Source: the human T2T-CHM13v2.0 reference genome, Homo sapiens
Assembly: GCF_009914755.1 (NCBI RefSeq)
Contig: NC_060927.1
Reading direction: 5' to 3' (one strand)
DNA: 64,000 nucleotides
Shown here one piece after another: positions 37,296-52,110 of the stretch. The stretch's first letter is position 1. Each line of letters begins with the position of its first letter. The notes under the pieces are model-generated. The model searched no databases and was not told the origin of the DNA. It saw nothing but the letters and a program-made list of their open reading frames with translations. Position numbers and translations under genes: made by a program.

Positions 37296-39304
37296 TAAGA
37301 CTCTCCCCAAGTTCGCATCATGACTCACCTGCGTTATTTCAATCATCTTATAACTGGGCTCCTTGCTTTCATCTCTGTATTTTCTACAATTGCCCTCTAC
37401 ATTCCTACCAGAGAGGTATTTCCAAAACCAGAATCAATTCCATTTTTCATCTGCTTACAGACCTCTGATTTCCCTCTAAATATCAAATCCATACTATTCC
37501 ACAGCATGGCATTCAAGCCTATATTTAGAGCTGTCTTTCATTAGTGTCAAGCATATAGAGATAATACACTAGATCCTGGACTTATGGATAGTCTGGAATG
37601 TTTCCAGTGAGAGTTTCTTCATGTTCTTTCATTCTTGAATACCACCCTTCCTGTATCCCCGGCAAATCTATTCATCCTTAAAGTCCCAATAGAAATGTCA
37701 CCTCCTTGCTAAACCTTGCTCTACAACTACCAGTAGAATTAATTGCTCTTCCAACCATCTTGCCATTGCGCTTTATACATTCCTCTATTTGTAATAGAGC
37801 TTTCTACCCATGATGAACCCAATGACTAGATGCCACTTGGTGCACTTCATTGGAGTCAGTGGCTAGCACAGTGCAGAACAAAAGTGCATCAAATTGCAAT
37901 GAGCTAAAATAAACCCAGCTGCCTTCTTAGTGCACACATCCCAGTGACACAATCTGGGATCCTGGAGTTATGAAAGAGGGAGTGGAGAGTTGTGGTCTCC
38001 ATCCAGTGGGCCAGCCAGAGGCTGGTAGTCAGGGTGGGCCCCTCTGCTGGTGGTTGACATAGTCTTTGAGCCTGAAGCAGGGCGCTCCTTTACTCCCTCC
38101 TACTGGAATCCTGGCAGAGAAGAGCAGTGGAGGTAACAGGCTTGAGTTCTAACAGTAGGGGTTTTGTTTAGGCATAAAGAATGTCACCATTAAAGCAAGA
38201 AATGAGATGGAACTTGCAGAGAAACATTAAGGGAAATAGAAAAAATGCTCTCTAATCTCATCAGGCACCAGGACACCAGCAAGCAATCCAGTTCATCACA
38301 TTTTGTTTCTCTCATATATTTACAAAGGATCCACAGGCCTGGTTCTTCAGGTGATTAAGAAACATGCCTTCCACTCCCATATCCCCACACACATGCTTTC
38401 TCCAGCCTTTGGTCTGCCAACTTCTGTGATCCTCTAACATTTAGAATGGCTGGCCTCCCAGTTCCAGGCCAGCCTCTCCTTCAAAGATCTTTTGAAAACT
38501 TAGCACTCTTAAAATTAAAACAAAGCAAAACAAAACTTTCCCTAGTTGAGTGAAAGAAAAGTTTCATTGGTTCATTGCAATTGGAGGCACTTTTTCTGGA
38601 CACTGTGCTACCACATCCCAATTGTAGAAGAACTTCTGCCTCCTGCTAAATAAATAATTAGCCACAAAGCTAAGGCTGGGCTCTTCTCTAGGATTTGGGG
38701 CCAATTCCTGATTATTATGAACATCAAAGCTTCAGGGAGGCTCTGAGTCCTCAATATCATAAATGAGGCTCTTTGAGAGAAAAGCAAAACAAGAGTGACT
38801 TAGGGATGAGATTTATTCTTCAGTAGGTTTTAGGTCTTAATTGCTTCCAAGGAAAATAGAGTGGTGGTTGGGAGTGGTCCAGCCTGACTCTCCTGCAAAA
38901 CTTAATCAAAGCTCTGAGATTCCAAGAGTGCAAAAGAGAGGCTGCTCTGTGAGGCCAGGGAATTTTGTTTGCTTTGTTTACCATCATATCCTGAGGCCCC
39001 CAGAACAATGCCTGGCACAGAATCAGTACTCCATAAACCTTTGTTTAATAAATAATAAATCAGGGCACTTGAAAATTAGAGACAAAAAGAAGGACAAGAA
39101 GCTAAACTTTAAATGTCATGGTAAGGAGCCAAGGAGTCATTACACATTTTAATCTGGTTAAATAAACTGTCTTCAAAACATATAAATGAGCAAAATGATA
39201 AGATGTTCTTTTGGATGTCTAATGTATATGGAGATAGAAGAGCAAGGTTAATGGAAAAATTCAGTCAAATATTTACCAAAGATAGGAATCTCAGAAATAT
39301 TCCA

Positions 39305-39482
39305 ATCCTTCTTTTCCTCCTCTTCTTTCTTCCTCCGTTTCTTTTCTCCCTTTTTCCTTTTGCCTCTTCCTTCTCTCTCTTCTTCTCTTTCCCTTCCTCG
39401 TCTACCTCCTCCTCCTCCTCTTCCTCCTCCTCTTTCTCCTTACTGTCCCCTCTCTCTTCTCTCTCTCTCTCTCACACACACA
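39305..39482. repeat. Pyrimidine-rich (CCT/CT)n tract ending in (CA)n
   Basis: Direct inspection; produces the Ser/Pro-rich spurious ORFs. Confidence 0.9.
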
Positions 39483-42099
39483 TGCTTACTGTCCACAGGC
39501 AACCTGCCACCATATCTTATAGTTCCAATCTCTGCACTGAGTCCTTTTTGTCAGTATCTTCTCATCTGTCTCCTGCAATAGTCTTCCAACAGTCTCTTTC
39601 TTGCCCCAAGTCTCTCTTGGGTGCATTCTTTCTCCACTCGACTACCCAGGTGGCCCTTCTAAGCTGCCTATCTGACAAAACAACCACACAGCTCCTCCCC
39701 ACGTAAAGCACAATGTTGAGGCATGTCTCAGAAGCATTCAAGCCCTCATCATCTTCACTACCAGATAACACTGAGCATGCCATGCCCTGTGTGTGAACTG
39801 TCACTGTCTTCTTCACATTGTCTGCTTGGCAAATCCCTCCCAATTCCTCCCAGCCCCAATATCTTAAAAACAGTGATAAGTAATATAAAAAGATGAAAAA
39901 AAAACCCACAAAATATCTGAATCCTTATACTATCTATACAGCATGCCTTTAGAAAGTCATGGTCAACATTTTTCCAAAAGCCTGAAAGAATTCCTGGTTT
40001 AAAAGATACAAGAACAAAAAAAATATTATATGCTTCTGGTGCCAGGCAGCTACATTTCTGTAGCTACCTGTTGCATATGTGGTACTTAGTAACAAGTACC
40101 TAACTGTGGCATTCTGGATGTCATTGCTGTTTATATTTAGACATCTTATCTGCCTTTGATTTTTGTGATTTCTTAATTGTTTCATTTCCTGCAAGGATTG
40201 AGACTCCCAATTATTGCCTTCTTAATGGATTAAAATAATGTACTCTCTCTCTTCAGCATTAAGGGTTAGAATAATTTAGGATCATATAATATTATGAGCA
40301 GTTTGGAAATCATTTCACTCGATTTGTTTATTCCTGCAGAATTAAAGACAGGAGGTTTTGGGAAGATAACAAACTAAATATTTAGCAATACACCTCTTTC
40401 TTTCTCAGAGGCCACACACCAAAGATGGCAGCCTGGTTTGGTGATAGTCTGGTTATGAATTCTTCTCTCAGTGGTTAGAGAAGTGGTTTGCAGTCATCTC
40501 AATCATGGACACTATAAAAAGGCAATAAAAATAACTGTAAAAGGATATGAGAAAGTCACTATAAGGCTCAGTAAAAATAACTTTAAAATTTTAACTTTCT
40601 GAAAAAGGCTTCTATGTAAATATAGTCAATAAAATATAATGTCAGCAGGGTAAAAATCCTACCCTTGAATTTTTAATCTGTATTTCAAGTTCTCTAAGAT
40701 AGTTAATTGGTAATATTTAATATATGTCATAAAATCACTTTTAAATTGCTTCTAGGCTTCAAATAATTTGAAATCTGTTAGAAGAGACATTAAATGGAGA
40801 TAATATTGAAAAACATTTTTCCAACGGACAATATTGGGAAAATATTGTCATAGGGAAAGATCAGATGAGTAGTAACTTTTCTTTGCTACATTCTGCTTAT
40901 AGAAGAGGGATGATGCAGAGAGTAGCTCTCTCTTGCAAATAAAATGCAAGTGTGACTGGGACCCTGAATTCTTTTCATAGATGAGCAGGTGGAAGCCCCA
41001 GATAAGGTCCTTACCCCAGAACAATTTATTAGAGGATCCTCTTGACCCTATTGAAAGCCCCGGAGAAACCCAAAGACCTCCTTTTAGGCACAAAACAAAC
41101 ACAGTGGTAAATCCACTCTTGCTTGATGCAAACCTTCCTAGATTAAGCAGTGATTGAGACCAGTTGAACTATAGTCAGAGCAGCTGGTGTTTATACCTAA
41201 CATTTTCATCCCTTGATCATGATCAAAATGCTGAGTCAAAATATGCTGCATCTGGCATTTTAAGCCAGATAAAGTCATGGAGAGGAACAGGGACACAGAT
41301 TGTACCAACAGTGGCTTCCTCAAAAATTGCCTATGTGAGATTTTGTGACTATGCTCACAGAGGACAGCACAGAATCTTGTGAAGGTTGGGTCACTTCAAA
41401 TGTGGGTTGACTATATTCAAGTTACCAACTGGGTTTCCTGTAGCTTGTTCACCATCACAGGCTGCATTCTCCTGTACTCTTGACTTTATTTGATAGATGT
41501 TTACTGTGATCCTGGGTGAGGCACTAAAGATATAAAAACAAGGAAGACCCAGTCACCATCTTCCCTGACCCAGGGTCTAGCTGGCATGGTTTTGAACATA
41601 GAAGGGAGTAAATGCCAAAATTTCTAATGACGAGGAAAGGTGATGGTTTGAAAGAGCATATTCTAATGTGATCAAATATTTCACATTTGTAAGATACAAA
41701 AATTATTCTTGTTTCTGTCATGCAAACTGAAGGAAATTGTGCTTGAGGCTACAGAGAAAGCTATGCTAATCCTCTGGCTGGAGCTGTAGGGAAGCTATTT
41801 TAGAAAGAGGAGGTTTTTCTGATGTGGCATTTAAGATAAGACAGGAAAGATAAGAAAGAAACAGTGAAGTGATTGCGATGAGATATTGCTATAACATTAC
41901 CATAGAATTCCACAGTACCTAAGGGTTTGTACTGGCCAACCCTTACAAAGACTTTGAATTCTGTACTTAACACCCCTCACCTTCACTTTCAGCCTCCTTT
42001 TGTCCCTTTGTACCTCCTTAGGTTGAAGTGTTCCTATAGTCAGTGGGGCAACTGTCCTAAATAAATGTTGCACCTTTGATGTATTAATTTATCAGTAGT

Positions 42100-42400
42100 T
42101 TTTGCATTGCTTAACACTGCCAGCAAGATACAGAAAACTGAAGATAGTATGCATACATGTGTATTTAAAAAGGGAGGGTTGGTATTCACATGTATGCTTT
42201 TATATGCATGTAATAGCTGAAAAATACACAAAGGCATTGTCAACCGTGGTTGATTCTGGAGAAGAAAACTGGAGATCTTGGGATACAGAGTGAGATGGAG
42301 ACTTCCTTTCACTGTATGCCCACTTGTAATGTTATTACTGTTGTTTGTTTGCTAACCTTGTACATGTATTCCTTTTTCAATTTAAATTTAAAAATAAAAG
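42100..42400 (+). mobile_element. L1ME 3' end fragment
   Basis: 'caaaggcattgtcaaccgtggttgattctggagaag...gagacttcctttcactgtatgccc...tgtacatgtattcctttttcaa'. Confidence 0.65.
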
Positions 42401-42621
42401 AAAGGGCTACCACAAAGAAGAAAATCACTATAAATCCCAAAGAAATAAACTACAAAGGTTGACTGAATTCAAGACACTGTGGCATAGGAGGAAAAAATTG
42501 AGGGCTCAGAGGGCTATCAGTGACGGGTGCTTTCTCCCTCTGTTAGAGAGAACTCAGCCCAGCCCAGCACTCCCACAGTGCATTAGTTGTGCTATTTTTA
42601 AGTTCGTAATACCTAAGATGC

Positions 42622-42989
42622 TATCTTAGTTAGCTCGAGGTGCCATAACAAAATACTATAGGTTGAGTAGCTTAAACAACACAAATGTATTTTTTCACAG
42701 TTCTGGAGGCTAGAAATCCAAGGTCAAGGTGCCTATATGGTTGGTTTCTGGTGAGGGCCCTCTTCCTGACTTGCAGATGGCTGTCTTCTTGCTGTATCCT
42801 CACATGGCAAAGAGAGGGAGGGGGGAGGCAGAGAGCAAGCTCTCTGGTGTCCTTTCTCAATAGAATATTAATTTCATTATTAGGGCCCCACCTAATTTTC
42901 TCCCAAAGACCACATCTCCAAATACCATTGCACTGGGGATTAAGGTTTCCATATAGAAATTTGGGGTGCACACAATTCAGTCCATAGCA
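42622..42989 (-). mobile_element. MLT1A-like MaLR solo LTR
   Basis: Complete antisense LTR ending 'acaattcagtccatagca'; 5-bp TSD gatgc/gatga. Confidence 0.88.
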
Positions 42990-44431
42990 GATGAATATAG
43001 GTTAAGATGTGTCTTAAGAAGTCCAGATGCATATTTGATACCATCAAGCATATTTATGTCGTAGACGTAGGTCTAGTTTAGAGGGCTGGCTCTTAAACAA
43101 TGCTTCCTATGATATTATGCCAAATCTTTTATAAAAAATGAATATAGATTGAGGGTTGAATATGGAACCTGGCTGGACAAAATGCTTTTGTCCTCCGTAT
43201 CCAGGAAGACACAGAGTAGGAGCAAAATAGGCTCATTAAGAAAGTACAAAAAGGGTAATAAGGAAAGTCTTATTGCCTCCTGCTGTCATTTCCTTTTATA
43301 AAAAAGGGTAGAAAACTACCCTATAAAACTAAGTAAAACGCCATCTGTGCCGTTGCTTCTGGAAATTACTTAATTGATAGTACACCAGGAAACAAAGTAA
43401 AGCCTGCTTCTAATTCACTCAGCTCAGTCTCACCTCAGGAGTCTCAAAGACACAGACAGCCTGTATTGCACCTAATTTGGAAGTTTAAGCTCTTCTTCCT
43501 GCATCAGATTTGATTACCCAACATTTGAAATATCTCACTGCAGTTATAAGGCAATCTAGTGAACACGTGACCTTGGTTACAACCTGGCTTGAAAATCATC
43601 ACTGCCTTGGAGTCGTTCTATACCTAGCAGAGCTTGCAGAAAGAACACTGGAGGTCTCAAGTGGATTTCCTCTGCTATTTTCTCCTAACACATTTTCCTG
43701 TCGTTCCATAAAGGTCCGTTTTGTAAGAAAGGCAACTTGTGTTTTCTCAGGATGGAAGGCAAAGTTACATGCAAAGAGAAATTAACAGAATGGCAACTCT
43801 CTAGAGAACTGAATACAAGCTTGTTTTATTGCAACTCACTCCTGAATTCCATTGAAACCAACAGCCTGAGATCAATATTTCATCAACTAAGGCCATCTCA
43901 ACACCTTGAGAATCAACTGGCAATGTGCCAATCTCCTATACAATACGAAGCTATTGACCCAGGAGCGGTGCCTACTGCAGATATGACTGTGTTCCTCTCT
44001 GGTACCTGGGCTTTCCTGATAACCCATGAGTGTGGTAGCCAGAAAAAAAAATCTTATCAGTTCATTATCTCCCCAGGAGAGAATTCTATAACAGCACAAT
44101 TGGTGCTTCAAAATATGCACCAGGTCATTCCAACCAAGTTTTGAGAACCTTAGAATTCTAAGGTTCTTCCATTGATTCTATTCTGCAAAGTACTTACTTC
44201 AATCTGTGGCTGCACTGTCAAGTCATTGAAGATTATGATTCTTGATTTAGAAGGTTCATCTCAAATGTTTTAAATCTTTAGCTTCAGAAAAAGGAGATGT
44301 CTTTTTCTTTCCTATATACCTATTTCTCCTTCTCTCCATGGGGAAACCCATGGTATAAGTTATCTTAAAAAGTATGAAAACAAGGAGGCAAAAAAAAAAT
44401 TACAGTGTTAACCCAAGTTTGCAGGGCTAAT

Positions 44432-44475
44432 AAACGCTAAGAGGATAGATTTTAAGTGTTCACATCACACACACC

Positions 44476-44515
<40 letters not shown>

Positions 44516-44645
44516 TGGTAAGTATGTGAGGTAATGCATATGAATATCAATAGCTTGATTTAGTCATTCCACAGTGTATACATATATGAAAACTTTGTGT
44601 CATATACCATAAATATATACAGTTTTTACTTAATTAAAAAATAGC
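44432..44645 (+). mobile_element. L1MA 3' end with (CA)n at ~44467-44513
   Basis: 'gctaagaggatagattttaagtgttcacatcacac...atggtaagtatgtgaggtaatgcatatg'. Confidence 0.85.
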
Positions 44646-44649
44646 CAAT

Positions 44650-44850
44650 GCATATGTAGCATTTACGATGTACCAGGCATCCATCTAAATGCTTTGCATA
44701 AATCCACTTATTTCATCCTCACAGCAACCTAGGAGGTGGGTACATTTTTGCCGATGAGGAAACTGAGGCACAGAGAGATTAAGTATCTTGTCCAACGTAA
44801 AAAGGCTGGGCCATATATGCTAAGGAGGCCTCTGGTTAGTTTTAACTCAA
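44650..44850 (-). mobile_element. MIR
   Basis: 'tcatcctcacagcaacctaggaggtgggtac...gatgaggaaactgaggcacagagagattaagtatcttgtcc'. Confidence 0.9.
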
Positions 44851-45644
44851 ACACCAGCCCCCATTTAGTTTCTTTAATTTTGGGGGGAAGAAATTTCCCC
44901 TCAACAAACAAACAAACAGTGTTTGAAGAAAACCAAGTGATCATGGTATCCCTGAAATTCTCAGTGCTCTTAGAAAGGTAGAATGAAGGCACCATCCCCA
45001 CTTCTGCATGACCTGATCTCCCTACACAAAGCAGATACTCAGTGAATGCTGGCAGAAAGAAAATGAAGGCTGGGAAGATTCCCAGTGCTGTCTCTATACT
45101 CCTGCAGTTTCTTTGAAAAGTTCCTCCCAGGGCTATGGCTTCTTGTGAGAAAGAAACAAAAAAGGAGTCTTCTCCCTAGTTTCAAGATTGCCCCTGACCC
45201 CCTCCTCCCAGCCCTAACACATTAGCACCCGGCTGACTCAGTCACTTCTGATCTGTGAGTTAAGCTCATCCAATGTCTGTTGACCCACCTTCTACTTCCC
45301 TCTGCAGGGTTTGGACCACCATTCTATCCTATCTGGCACTCAGTCAGCGTGGTGTAAGAGGGGTAGACCCCCAGGCCTTCAAGTGGGTCAAGATGACTCT
45401 ACATGATCACTACATTAATGAGCATGTCATTGCCACTTTCTCTCAGAGGAAATTCTCTCTCACTGCTTCTTTCTCCCCCAATAAGAGGAATATTAAGCTA
45501 GGACACACTCAAAGAGTCAGAATGGGCAATGTGGTGGAAATGAGCACTGGAATTGAGTTAAGACACCCAGATACCTTGTTGTAAATTTGCTGTGTGACTT
45601 TGAGTAAGCCTCTGCCCTACGAAGAGAGAGACCACTGGACCACT

Positions 45645-45825
45645 CAGGGATAACAAATCCCTGACATGTGTATCACCATGACCCATTCCCAGACCCACGG
45701 CAGGCATCACTAATCAATCATTTTCAACTGAGCCAAAATGAAGTGTCACAATTCTTCTCCATAGAGAAGCCCTATCAATAGAACAGGACTGGCACACTGG
45801 CTTAAGCCTCTTTACCACCCTAAAT
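45645..45825. mobile_element. MER102-like hAT element
   Basis: 'cagggataacaaat...cccacggcaggcatcactaatcaatca...tttaccaccct'. Confidence 0.6.
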
Positions 45826-46719
45826 TTGATAATCCTTAAGATATTTTCCATTAGTCAATTTGGTTCATATTGCATTGAAATCTAGTACAATTGGTCTATG
45901 TACATATATAATAATCTATAAATACTTGTATATATATTTTTATCACAACATACTTCTCATCTCATCATACAGTACTCCCTTCATTTTCCACACCTCCTCA
46001 GAGGCTATCAAATAAGTTTGCCCACTCATACGTTCTCAGAACCTAAGAATGTCATTCATCAGGATCAGAAAATTTGGAATATGTTCATCCATTCATTCAT
46101 TCAAACTCATTTTTTAAATTTTCTGAGCAGCAGCCACATGCCAGGCCTAGCCAGGTGCCCTCTTGTTGATTTCTCTCCTGTTTGGGTGGCGATTCTTTAT
46201 TCCGGTTTGGTTTTGTTCTTTCCATTCAAGACCATTTTTCCTGATACACTGCACTGCTTAGGTTCAGATGGCTGTCTCCTACACTTTCCTTTTAAACTTC
46301 TACTCTCCCAGGGAAGTGTTCTTCATTGAATTCCCATATACCTGTAGTAAACAGACACATTAGATGAGGTTTGGGTGTGGTCAACCTCAAAATGGTAACA
46401 GAACCACTCTGAGCTCCTAAATATAGAAATTTTGGAAGAGGGAAGAGGACTCAGAAGTGTTACAAAGGAAGCTAAAGTCCAGGTTTGCTGACTTGTAAAA
46501 TTCTGCCTGTGGTAAGGCATATTAGCTGCTAGGACTTCAAGCAGCCCACCTCAGGCCTCAAAAGGAAGGTTCATAATCCAAGGTCGGGATCAAATAGTGA
46601 TGGCAATGAAAGAAGCCACTCAAGGGAGCCCAAGCTAGTTTTAAAAATAACTGAAGGGAACTCAGGGGGCAGAATGCTCACATAGCTCTAAGCCCATTGT
46701 GTGCCAGTTACGATGCTGA

Positions 46720-47275
<556 letters not shown>

Positions 47276-50200
47276 AGAAGAAAGAGAAGTTTATGAAAAC
47301 CTAACCCAGAGTTTTTCAGCAAGGACGTGTGACTTTTTAATGAGGGAGCTCCCTCTACTGGACAGAAGTCTGTTCTTCAACTGAATTTTGCCATTTCTTC
47401 AGCACTTGGAACTCAGAGGTGGTAGAATGTCTTCCTGTACCAATGCTTTTTAAATCCTAAAGAAGCCACTATCCCATATGTCGCACCCTGGTCTGGAGAA
47501 TCAACTGTGGGAACGTGACTTTGCCATAAGTAGTGAAAACACTATTGGTCAGACTCCTCCGGTCTAGGTTTTATTGTTAGCAATTTCTTTCCCACATGGA
47601 ATTTGTGCCATTACCCACAGGAAAGCCACAACCCATTCCACCGAATGCAGCCAGCTGATTAACCAGCCTGTATTGAACACCTACTGTGTGCCAAGCTGCT
47701 TGGCACTGAAGATAGAATGGTAAGCAAGTAAACAGAGATAAACTCTAAGAAGGAAAACTACAGAATCCTAGGAGAGCAGATGGTAGGGACTTACACCATG
47801 AGCATGTGGACGGGGATATAAGAAGGGTGGTACACAAAAGCTTCCAAGAACTGATTTCTGAGCTGACATCTGGGTCTGGCTGAAGGATGAATAGGAGTTC
47901 ATCAGTCATAGAGTAGGTGCTTGCTATTTATAAACACTGAATGGCCGAGACACACAGCCTATTATTCCACTAAAGTTTATTTCATGCTTTTTACATACCT
48001 GCTCTTGAATAGGCTGCAGACGCTTTAACGTCAGATGCTACAGCTTGTACACCAGGTAGCCCTTGAACTGAATTATTTAAGTAGAGCAGGCCAGGTTACT
48101 TCAGGTACGCACATTGAATTAAGGAATAATTATACTAGAAATCTATGTTGGCCGTATTTTCAGCAACATCACCTTTGACCTGGAAGTAATTGGAAAGTTA
48201 ATAACATTTGATTTAATCTCCAAATATGGCTCACAGGTGTATTCAAGGGAGCTTTGATAACACAGACTCCTCTTAACCCATTTTGCAAGGTTAATGCATG
48301 AAGAGTCAGGGTGGGAAGGAGCCCAGAATAATGACTGTTAATCCAGATAGAGACGATATCTGCTCTTGATGAGAAGGAATGAGAAACTGACATTTATTGA
48401 AGACCTTCCAGAATCCAGACATAGGTCTATGCTATTTCATTTGGTCCTTATAGAAGCCATAAGAAATATACAGGGCCATCTTCAATTGATTGCTGAATTG
48501 GCATTGTTTCAGCCCTAATTCGCAATGGTTGCATAAGAGTAACAGTTAGACTTCTTCCAGGTTTCTTCAAATTTTAAGACCATAAAACAAGATTTTGAGC
48601 TGTTACCGTGTGTCAGGCTCCATGCCTAGCATTTTAATGTAAGTGCACCATTTCACTTAATTCTAAGAATCACAATTATCCTTTCTAGCTGGGTCACTGA
48701 GACACTAAGAGATTTTGTACTTTGCTCAGAGCCACACAGCTGCTGGATGAAGGACACTTCATCCAGACCCATCCAACTCCAGAGCCCTGGCTCCTGGCCA
48801 TGTCTAACACAGCATCCCTGTCCACCCAGATAGGCAGGTCTGGAGGATTCAAGAGGCTTGAATCACACCGGAAATCATTTATAGGCTATCACAACTCCAG
48901 CCAATGGCCCATGCTATGCACTCATTACAAAACAAAATAGTCACCCTTTTGCTCAGATGAGAAGAAAAACAGTGAGTTCCATTTTCCTAGTGGCACACCT
49001 CAGGGTATAAAAATTCTAATGAGAGAATTTAAACCTTTAGCTGATGCCTGTGTGCAACAAAATGCTCCAGATCACTGTAATTTAATATATAGATGCATTG
49101 CCATCATTTAGACCCTGCAATATGTTGCACAGTAAAGCAGGGCTTGGCTAGGAAGAACCCAGTCAGAAGTTTAAGACACAAGATCAAAGAGACAAGACCA
49201 AGAGTTGGATTTCAGCTGTGGGAAGCCCTTGGCCTCCTTCCCCTTTAACCCAACACAGCCTGAAGGTCACATCACCCATGTGAATTGCGCCCAAGTCTGC
49301 TCTCTCCACTTAGCACCATTTGTTCTGCATTCTGGGGCTTGAATACATGTGCTCACCTCCTTGGGTACTTGGTGTACCCATCACAGCTGGGACCACGGCT
49401 TATACATCTCAGTCACCCCCAGTGTCCAGCCCAGTGGACACTCAAACACTAGCAGGCTGTATTTAAAATAAAGTTTTTAATGTGAATTTATATTGTTAGT
49501 CAAAACATGTACCAATGACATGGAATAATGGCTTAAACCATCACAGTTGACCTGCAGGGACCAGTACTTTAGCTTCACCTAGAACAGGGCACATGATATT
49601 AAGGCCACATGTACTTGACTCTAGCTTCACCTGTGACAGGGCACATGGTATTAAGGCCATTGACTGCTAGAAAAGGAATTCCCACTGGTGAAGCTATGAG
49701 AAAACTGAGACTCAGAGAGGTTAGGCAAGGTCACACAGGTATTAAGTCGTAGAATTAGGATTTGAGCCCAGGTCTACAGGACTCCAAAATCTCAGGGATT
49801 ACCTATTATGCCACATTATCTGCCCACCAGATAAACATCACCCTGCCCTCAGTGCCTTTGCTTTTTCCAAGATAAACTTTAAAGATGATCCGAGCAAACT
49901 AGGGCAGAACAAAACAGGCTACTACATCACTAGGTACACTTGGAATGTGTGTATCAAGTAGCTGAAACCCAAACAATTCACCCAATGGGATGCTGGTTCC
50001 TGTTATGTCAAACAGCCTACCTGGGCTGAAATTTTCAGAGTAATCTCCCAGTTTTAAATGACATCAACCCAGATCTGGGTGCACCAGCTCTGTCAACATA
50101 ATGGCCAATATCTGGGGCCAGGGGAAATAAACCCTCATTCAGATGTCTTGATGTTCATTAATGTCACAACATCTTATTAAGGACTATGGTCACAGCACTG

Positions 50201-50607
50201 CATGGGCTGGGTGTTTGGTAGGGAAATGACTCCATTTTCTTATCTTCCAGATGTGTTATATGATAGAAATAGAAACATTGCCTCAATCTGCATAGAAACA
50301 AAATTAGCAAAATAAAATGGCAAGGATGATAAAACAAACATCTTTGACTAATTTACATTGAATTAGCAGGATTTATTATTAAAATTGCAATGGCAGCTTG
50401 CACTCATGGAAGACTAATGGCATGTTAATCAATATGTTGAATGCTTTATGTATATTATTGTCACATTTAATTTCTGCATCATTTCCCACTTGAGACACAA
50501 GTAAACCTGGATTGGGAGAGGCTGGTCACACAGTGAGAAAACAGGTTGGATCCAAACCTATGCCCATCTGACTCCACAGCCCTAACGTTGGTGACTCTTT
50601 TACATCT

Positions 50608-50992
50608 TTGCTACTCAAGGTGTGAGGCAGGGGCCAGCAACAACTGCCTTCTCACAGCTCATTAGAAATGCAGAATATCAGCCTCCTTCCCCAGACCTGC
50701 TGAATGAGAATCTGCACTTTAACAGGTGACTGTACCCAGGCCATCTCATCACCTAACCATGCTTGTTTCACACTCTGGTGCCCTTCTTGGGTACTTGGTG
50801 TGTTCATCAGGAGCAGGGACCATTATTCTAGGTGTGATGCATACACCCCTTGCCTTATATCACCTGAAGTTTCCTGGGTTCCATTCCAAGCTGGCTGAGC
50901 AAGATTCTCTGGTGGTGGGACTCAGGAATCTATATTTTAACCAGTTCTTCAGACTATCCTAAAGGCATACTACTGTCTGAAAACAAACACTG
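50608..50992. mobile_element. MER5-type hAT fragments flanking a non-MER5 insert
   Basis: 'ctactcaaggtgtg...cattagaaatgcagaatatcag...gagaatctgcactttaacag' and 'gggactcaggaatctatattttaacc...aaacactg'. Confidence 0.7.
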
Positions 50993-52110
50993 TGATACAT
51001 CCCGTTGTCTTAAAGTTTACATGCAGGATTCTGTGCTTTTTTCCCAAACTGAAAAGTGTATCCAAAAATTGGAGGAGTATGCAAAGAATAAATGGGTCCA
51101 TTTGAGTGATCCTAGAAAGACATTCTGTTGTTGTTGATTTTGGAGTCCTGGTAAAGCATTCGTGCTTCTTTTTAAAGCCAGCTCATCAATCCCACCCAAT
51201 GCAGCAAACATTTCCCAAGCTTCCTCAGGTCAGCATCAACAGAAGGGATGAGTTTTGAAGCAGCAGAGTGATACACAGAGATGCAAGTAAGCCCAACCCA
51301 AGGCACAGAATTCTGGTGACACAACAGAGAAGAGCAACATCCATCAGCTCTCCTGAACTGAAAGCCCTGATGCCCTCCCTCAGCCAAGTGGCCCCATCTG
51401 GCACCACAGCCACCATCCCCACCAAAGCAGTAGACTGCCCACAACTTGAGTCTGAACTTTGGGTGCTGCCTGAAGTTAGGCTGGTGGACAAATAAACCCA
51501 CAGCTGGATGAGCCCCTAGCATGTGTTTGCACACCAACCATGTTAGCCTAATGTACTCAACTGGATTTTAGCTTTGGTTTCCCTATTTAGCAGTCAAATA
51601 AATTACTAAGATTAAAACCTCCTTCTCTTTCAGAGTATAAACTCTTTACTGATGTCTAACAACCTCCCTGTCTGCTATCTGAAGTGAACTAGGGTCTTGA
51701 TTTTAAGCATTCATTTATCTCACAAACACATGCTCAGGATGGAGATACCATGGAGGAAAAAGACTGATATTCTATTCTGCATTTGTAAATCTTACTTAGA
51801 GTCTAGCAGTGGAGGAAGTTAACCATTTATTGCAACCAGAAATCAATGTGAGGAAGGTAACGTTCTGAGCCCTGTGAAAGTGAACCACAGGGGAGCTGAA
51901 CTCATTCCAGGAGAACATGGAAGGCTTTCCTGAGGAAGTCACATTTCAGTGGAGACCTGAAGATCCGCTGGGAAGGAATTGAGTCCCTGGCCCTGACACC
52001 TGCTACAGGTCCAGAAGACTTGCACCTGCACTTCCACTGCTCTGTGATGCTAATGACTGCTTAAGATGCATTGAACATTTGCTATTGTGAAAAAATGAGG
52101 CTTTGTGTTC

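Noticed and set aside
49566-49659. CRISPR-like repeat-spacer pattern
   Set aside because: Only two diverged units in mammalian DNA, with no cas genes.
51388-51406. Second CTCF-like motif (gtggccccatctggcacca)
   Set aside because: Mismatches at the leading CC and the GGC core positions.
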